Shown here piece by piece: positions 59,028 through 64,000 of a stretch of 64,000 bases of DNA. The DNA is from a virus. Positions within the stretch are counted from its first letter, which is position 1. Each line of letters starts with the position of its first letter. Where the stretch lies: positions 19,392 to 83,391 of IMG/VR virus record IMGVR_UViG_3300009182_000043; one strand, given 5' to 3'. Both the position numbers and the translations under genes were made by a program. The notes under the pieces were generated by a model. It worked only from the letters and a program-made list of their open reading frames with translations. It made no database searches and had not been told where the DNA came from.

Positions 59028-59955
59028 TGTAGCAGATTTAGATTGTATCTATCTAAGTTATGATGAACCACAGAAAGAAGAATTCTGGTTAAAAATTAAG
59101 AACATGATACCCTGGGCACGTAGAGTTGACGGGGTAAAGGGCAGTGATGCCGCACACAAAGCGGCAGCAGAAGCAAGTGATACTGAACGTTTCATATTGA
59201 TTGACGGTGACAATATGCCTAACATGGAGTTCTTTAATCTAACATTAGACTTTACTGATAAACACGAAGATTTTCAACATGCACAGTATCGTTGGAGAGC
59301 AGTTAATGCCATCAACGGACTACGTTACGGCAATGGTGGCATGAGTTCATGGACAAAAGAATATGTTATGAACATGCGTACACATGAAGCAAGTGATGGT
59401 AACGATACACATACAGTTGACTTTTGTTTAGATTATAACAACAGTTTGTATTGGAGTATGTACGATTGCTATTCAACAACATATCCTAACTATACACCTT
59501 TTCAGGCATGGCGTGCTGGATTCCGCGAAGGTGTAAAGATGTGTTTAGTTAATGGATGTAAACCAGACATAGAAGATTTTAAACGCAATGTGCCTGGACG
59601 TAATTTCAACAATTTAACTATCTGGCATAACGTAGGTCTAGATGTAGATAACGGTGATTGGGCTATATATGGTGCAAGATATGGTACTTATATGACAATG
59701 CTAGAACATTGGAATGCAAAAGAAGTACAATGGTTTGACAATCTAGCTAAACTTTGGGAACATATAAAAGATGTAAACCCTAGACAGAATGCAGAAAGCA
59801 TCGGAGAACACTTAAAAGATAAATTAGGACTTCCTATTTGTACACTTAGCTCCGAGCAAAGCAAGTTTTTTAAGCGTCACTATAATAGTGACAAACACAA
59901 TCTAGGTCCTCTAGTGCGTGAGATAGATGTAATACGAAAAATAGAAGGCTGGTGA
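59008..59955 (+). CDS. Putative GT-A-like nucleotide-sugar transferase
   Basis: IYLSYDEP, RVDGVKGSDAAH, FILIDGDN (DxD) and AWRAGFREGVK. Confidence 0.55.
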   Translation: MNKLKIDVADLDCIYLSYDEPQKEEFWLKIKNMIPWARRVDGVKGSDAAHKAAAEASDTERFILIDGDNMPNMEFFNLTLDFTDKHEDFQHAQYRWRAVNAINGLRYGNGGMSSWTKEYVMNMRTHEASDGNDTHTVDFCLDYNNSLYWSMYDCYSTTYPNYTPFQAWRAGFREGVKMCLVNGCKPDIEDFKRNVPGRNFNNLTIWHNVGLDVDNGDWAIYGARYGTYMTMLEHWNAKEVQWFDNLAKLWEHIKDVNPRQNAESIGEHLKDKLGLPICTLSSEQSKFFKRHYNSDKHNLGPLVREIDVIRKIEGW

Positions 59956-59956
59956 T

Positions 59957-61366
59957 ATGACAGAAGAAGAAAAATATGCACGGCATATTAACAAAACACG
60001 TGATGAATTAAACGAAGTTAGTCCTAGTTATTGTGTAGCTAAATGGAAACAGGTCACACTACATTTACAGAATGGACACACTCATAGCTGCCATCACCCA
60101 GGGACTCATTTAGTTTCTATAGATGAATTGAAGAAAAATCATACGGCATTGCATAATACTTCATTTAAGAAACAGCAACGTAAACTAATGCTAGAAGGTG
60201 TTCGACCAAGTGAATGTGATTATTGCTGGCGTGCAGAAGATGCAGGTAATATCAGCGATAGAACATACAAGAGTGCAGATAACTGGGCATACGAACATAT
60301 TAACAAACTTCCACAAATGTCATGGGATGCTGACGTTGATCCTAGCTATGTTGAGATTAGCTTTAGTAATGTTTGTAACTTCAAATGTAGCTATTGCAGT
60401 CCTAACATTAGCAGTCAATGGATGGAAGAAGTTGAACGTTATGGCGCATACCCAACTAGTAATAAATTTAATAATTTAGAATGGTTAAAACAAACTAATT
60501 GTATCCCTATTCCTAACAACCAAGAAAATCCATACGTAGATGCATTCTGGGCATGGTGGCCTACTATGTATAAAGAACTAAAACAGTTTAGAATTACGGG
60601 CGGTGAACCATTATTGAGTAAGAACACATTTAAGGTTCTTGATTACATTATTGAGAATCCTAATACCAATTTAGTATTCAGTGTTAATACTAACATGAAT
60701 GTTCCTGATGATTTGTATAATAAGTTTATTGAAAAATTAAAAATTATTCAAAGCAAGGGTAATATTCAACGATTACATATTTTCACTAGCGCAGAAGCAT
60801 ACGGGAAGCAAGCAGAATATATTCGTCATGGTATGAATTATGATATATGGTTAAAGAATTTAACTAGAATGATTACTGAAGTTCCTTCTGCGGGTATTAC
60901 TATTATGAGCACATATAATATTTTAAGTATCCCTACTTACAAAGAATTTTTAAAAGATATACTTGATATAAGATTGCGTTACAGAGATTTAGCATATAAA
61001 AATCATAAGATTCCTGTAGAATTAGACATGCCATACTTGCGTCATCCCCCGCACCAAGCAAGTTTTATCATACCTGAAAACTTGTTGCATTATGTAGAAG
61101 AACAATTGGCATTTATGAATGAGCATGTTGAACCTTCTACTCCTGGACAAGAATATACTGGTTTTTATAAACGTGAAATATATAAATTACAAAGAGTATA
61201 TAACATCATAAAAGCAGAACTTGATTCGGGCAAAGACAATACAGTTAATCGCAAAGATTTTATACTGTTTGTAGATGAACATGACCGCAGACGAGGAACT
61301 AATTTTAAAGAAACGTTTCCTGAATTAATAGAGATGTATGCCGAATGGAAAAAGTTATTGACATAA
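59957..61366 (+). CDS. Radical SAM protein with an N-terminal twitch/SPASM-like Cys cluster
   Basis: CNFKCSYC and TGGEPLL; N-terminal C...SCHH...CDYCW. Confidence 0.85.
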   Translation: MTEEEKYARHINKTRDELNEVSPSYCVAKWKQVTLHLQNGHTHSCHHPGTHLVSIDELKKNHTALHNTSFKKQQRKLMLEGVRPSECDYCWRAEDAGNISDRTYKSADNWAYEHINKLPQMSWDADVDPSYVEISFSNVCNFKCSYCSPNISSQWMEEVERYGAYPTSNKFNNLEWLKQTNCIPIPNNQENPYVDAFWAWWPTMYKELKQFRITGGEPLLSKNTFKVLDYIIENPNTNLVFSVNTNMNVPDDLYNKFIEKLKIIQSKGNIQRLHIFTSAEAYGKQAEYIRHGMNYDIWLKNLTRMITEVPSAGITIMSTYNILSIPTYKEFLKDILDIRLRYRDLAYKNHKIPVELDMPYLRHPPHQASFIIPENLLHYVEEQLAFMNEHVEPSTPGQEYTGFYKREIYKLQRVYNIIKAELDSGKDNTVNRKDFILFVDEHDRRRGTNFKETFPELIEMYAEWKKLLT

Positions 61367-63684
61367 AACGCCGAAAAGAATTATTTGACCAGGGGTACTG
61401 GGAAATACCTGATGGATTAAACACCTCTACATTTAACTTCAATTGGAGACCCGACCCAGTGGATAGACCGTATATTCATCAGTTCGGGACTCAGTGGCAA
61501 AAAACGGGTGGACCTAGATTTGTAATTCCTGAGAATGAGGGTATAAAATATCAGAATAGTCAAATAGCAATAAAAAATTCCGATCATAATAATCGTTGCT
61601 GGAGACCTTTGTTGCCAAACTGTACAGTTGACTTTAGTTGGCATCCTGATGAAACAGAACCTCCTTATATCTATGTATTTCGTAATCAATGGTATGATAT
61701 ACCTACATATCAATATCGTGTACCTGGAGCAACAGATAAAAAATATATAACTAGTCTCAATGCATATTTGCTTCCTGAAAAAGAAAAATGGGAGACACCT
61801 GATGATATTGATGCTAGTAGTTTTGATTATAGCTGGCGCCCCCACCCAGACGAACCTGCGTTTATATATCAGTTTGGTACGCAGTGGCAAAAGACAGGTG
61901 GACCTAGATATATTGCTGAGGGTGCGACTGATATAAAATATTTAGATATATTAAAAGCAAAAAAGTTACCTAATATGCGTAACTGGCGAATGCTATCAGA
62001 GATAGATACTGATAAATTTGATTTCAGCTGGCATCCAGATGATACTGAACCACCCATGATGTATGAGTTTGGTACACAGTGGCAAAAAGCGGGAGGTCCT
62101 ATCTATGTTACTAAAGGTAGCACACAGAAGAAATACTGTAGTGACCAAGTTGCTATCAGAATAGCGAAAGAAGATAGATGCTACAGACCATTAGTATCAA
62201 ATTTGCAGTTTGATTATAGTTGGCATCCCGATCCTAATGAACCACCATACATATATGTGTTTGGTAATCAATGGTATGATGCAGAAGTAATGCCCACACT
62301 ACTATATCGGGTGAAAGATGCAACAGAAAAGAAATACGTAACAGATGTAAAAGCCAGACTAACTGAAAAGATGGATAACTGGGTTACACCCGACGATGTA
62401 GATTATACTGTATTCGATTATAGTTGGTGCCCTCATCCCGGTGAGCCTCCACTAATACATCAGTTTGGTACACAATGGCAACGTACCGGCGGACCGTCAT
62501 ATGTAGCACCCAACGCAAATGGTATAAAATATGAAACTGCAATCAAAGCAGTTAAAAAACCAAACATACGAAACTGGCGCATTATAGAACCTATTGATAA
62601 AGAAACCTTTGACTTTAGTTGGCATCCTGATGCTACTGAAGAAAATTACAATCATGTGTTTGGAACTAAGTTTCATAGTCCTGAAGTACTACCTGCATTA
62701 ATGTATCGCGGGCATGATGATGCTAGAAACAACAAGTACAGCAATGACTTACAAGCAGACTTGCAAATAGAAAAAGTTACATATGAGGACAGTATATTTG
62801 ACGCATGTAAAGAACATAAGTTTTCTACTGCATATGCACATTTCATTAAGAGTACAGATAGTAATTATGCACATGATTTAATTAGTGCTGAAAATATCAG
62901 TGTACATTTGTTTCCTAGTGAAGCAATCGTTCCAAGACTTGCGGTTCAATATATGTATGACAAACTATCGGATTATGATTATGTGGTCAATCATAAATTT
63001 GATGAGACAGTTGAACCATTAGATGTTATATTTGTTAGTAACGGTGAAGCTTGTGCCGAAGAAAACTATGAACATCTATTATCGCTTGGTATTTTAAATA
63101 GAATCATACGCATTGATGGTGTAAAGGGTCGTGTGGCAAGTCAACATGCGGCTGCTAATGCTAGTAACACACCTTGGTATTTCTTAGTCAACGCTAAATT
63201 AAAAGTCAGAGAAAACTTCAACTTTAATTGGCAACCCAATATACACAAGTCACGCAGACATTATATTTTTACTGCCACTAATCCAGTAAATGGATTAGAA
63301 TATGGACATCAAGCAATAGTAGCAAACAATAAGAAACTCACATTGAGTACAGTTGTTCGTGGCTTAGACTACACAATGGATAGCAAGACTGAAGTATTGT
63401 CTGTTAATTGCGGAGTTAGCACATTTAACACAAGCCCCTGGGATACTTGGCGTACTGCATTCAGAGAAGTTATTAAATTAAAACATTACACAGACAATGA
63501 TTCTAAGCGTAGACTAGATGCTTGGTTGATTATTAAAAATGGATTATTTGGTGACTACTGTATCCGTGGTGCAAATGATGCTGTTAAATACTATGATGAA
63601 GTTGATGGTGATATGAGCAAACTTATGTTATCCTATGATTGGGAGTGGTTAGAAACTATTTACATAAATAATATGAAGAAGTAA
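61345..63684 (+). CDS. Protein with seven W(H/R/C)P repeats fused to a degenerate copy of the 59008 GT-like domain
   Basis: FDxSWHP...FGTQW repeats; C-terminal RIDGVKGRVASQHAAA and WRTAFREVIK. Confidence 0.7.
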   Translation: MEKVIDIKRRKELFDQGYWEIPDGLNTSTFNFNWRPDPVDRPYIHQFGTQWQKTGGPRFVIPENEGIKYQNSQIAIKNSDHNNRCWRPLLPNCTVDFSWHPDETEPPYIYVFRNQWYDIPTYQYRVPGATDKKYITSLNAYLLPEKEKWETPDDIDASSFDYSWRPHPDEPAFIYQFGTQWQKTGGPRYIAEGATDIKYLDILKAKKLPNMRNWRMLSEIDTDKFDFSWHPDDTEPPMMYEFGTQWQKAGGPIYVTKGSTQKKYCSDQVAIRIAKEDRCYRPLVSNLQFDYSWHPDPNEPPYIYVFGNQWYDAEVMPTLLYRVKDATEKKYVTDVKARLTEKMDNWVTPDDVDYTVFDYSWCPHPGEPPLIHQFGTQWQRTGGPSYVAPNANGIKYETAIKAVKKPNIRNWRIIEPIDKETFDFSWHPDATEENYNHVFGTKFHSPEVLPALMYRGHDDARNNKYSNDLQADLQIEKVTYEDSIFDACKEHKFSTAYAHFIKSTDSNYAHDLISAENISVHLFPSEAIVPRLAVQYMYDKLSDYDYVVNHKFDETVEPLDVIFVSNGEACAEENYEHLLSLGILNRIIRIDGVKGRVASQHAAANASNTPWYFLVNAKLKVRENFNFNWQPNIHKSRRHYIFTATNPVNGLEYGHQAIVANNKKLTLSTVVRGLDYTMDSKTEVLSVNCGVSTFNTSPWDTWRTAFREVIKLKHYTDNDSKRRLDAWLIIKNGLFGDYCIRGANDAVKYYDEVDGDMSKLMLSYDWEWLETIYINNMKK

Positions 63685-63694
63685 GGATTATTTT

Positions 63695-63844
63695 ATGGAA
63701 CTAGTAAGATACAGAGATGCGGGTATGACTACATATACTTGGTTTTATGTAAACGAAAAGAAACATTGTATTAGTCCTTTTTTTGATAGTGAAGAAGAAG
63801 CCAAAGACTGGTTAGATTCAATCTTTGATAAATCGGAAGAGTAA
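63695..63844 (+). CDS. Small hypothetical protein (49 aa)
   Basis: AAGGA RBS; MELVRYRDAG...SPFFDSEEEAKDW. Confidence 0.55.
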   Translation: MELVRYRDAGMTTYTWFYVNEKKHCISPFFDSEEEAKDWLDSIFDKSEE

Positions 63845-63850
63845 GTTTTT

Positions 63851-63958
63851 ATGTTTGAAAATTGGCATTGGGTTTATATGTGGGGCATTTTAGTTGTAGT
63901 TAACTATATGTTTTGGATAGTAAAAAGCGTTTGGTGCTGGTGCAAAACTAAATACTAG
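63851..63958 (+). CDS. Small putative membrane peptide (35 aa)
   Basis: MFENWHWVYMWGILVVVNYMFWIVKSVWCWCKTKY; hydrophobic core and basic tail. Confidence 0.4.
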   Translation: MFENWHWVYMWGILVVVNYMFWIVKSVWCWCKTKY

Positions 63959-64000
63959 ATGCGTATAGATGAAATCACTGCTTATCACGGAACAGATGCA
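63959..64000 (+). CDS. Partial CDS MRIDEITAYHGTDA, possibly an ADP-ribosyltransferase-like protein
   Basis: CTAAATA at 63948-63954 upstream; YHGT motif; only 14 codons visible. Confidence 0.35.
   Translation, partial: MRIDEITAYHGTDA

Noticed and set aside
1-64000. Stop-codon reassignment, CRISPR arrays, tRNAs, integrase/transposase, inteins, DGR reverse transcriptase
   Set aside because: Long ORFs tile the window in the standard code. No spaced identical repeats, cloverleaves or relevant protein motifs were seen, and the repeats present are diverged protein-level repeats.

Overview
A 64-kb AT-rich segment of a large T4-like myophage (likely a jumbo phage), read in the standard genetic code. 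The minus-strand head module holds portal gp20, an acidic core protein, protease gp21, scaffold gp22 and major capsid gp23, followed by three related fibre/decoration genes. Two paralogous tape-measure-like genes (one with an M15 peptidase) lie divergent from a gp26/gp51-like pair. A late sigma factor gp55 / gp47 / gp46 / resolvase block follows on the minus strand. The plus strand carries a baseplate module (gp48/54-, gp53-, gp27-, gp5-, gp25- and gp6-like genes plus a 5360-aa giant protein), tail-fibre genes, and a late operon of GT-A-like glycosyltransferases, a twitch-domain radical SAM enzyme and a WHP-repeat protein. T4-late-type (G/T)ATAAATA or CTAAATA boxes precede most structural genes. 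The most notable unexplained signals are: (1) a ~370-460 nt non-coding element at 21321-21785 with nested long-range helices and a possible pseudoknot; (2) a canonical -1 frameshift signal fusing the gp26-like and gp51-like ORFs, as in lambda G/GT chaperones; (3) a candidate virion-glycosylation operon alongside fibre proteins rich in N-x-S/T. All family assignments come from motif recognition by eye, not database searches.
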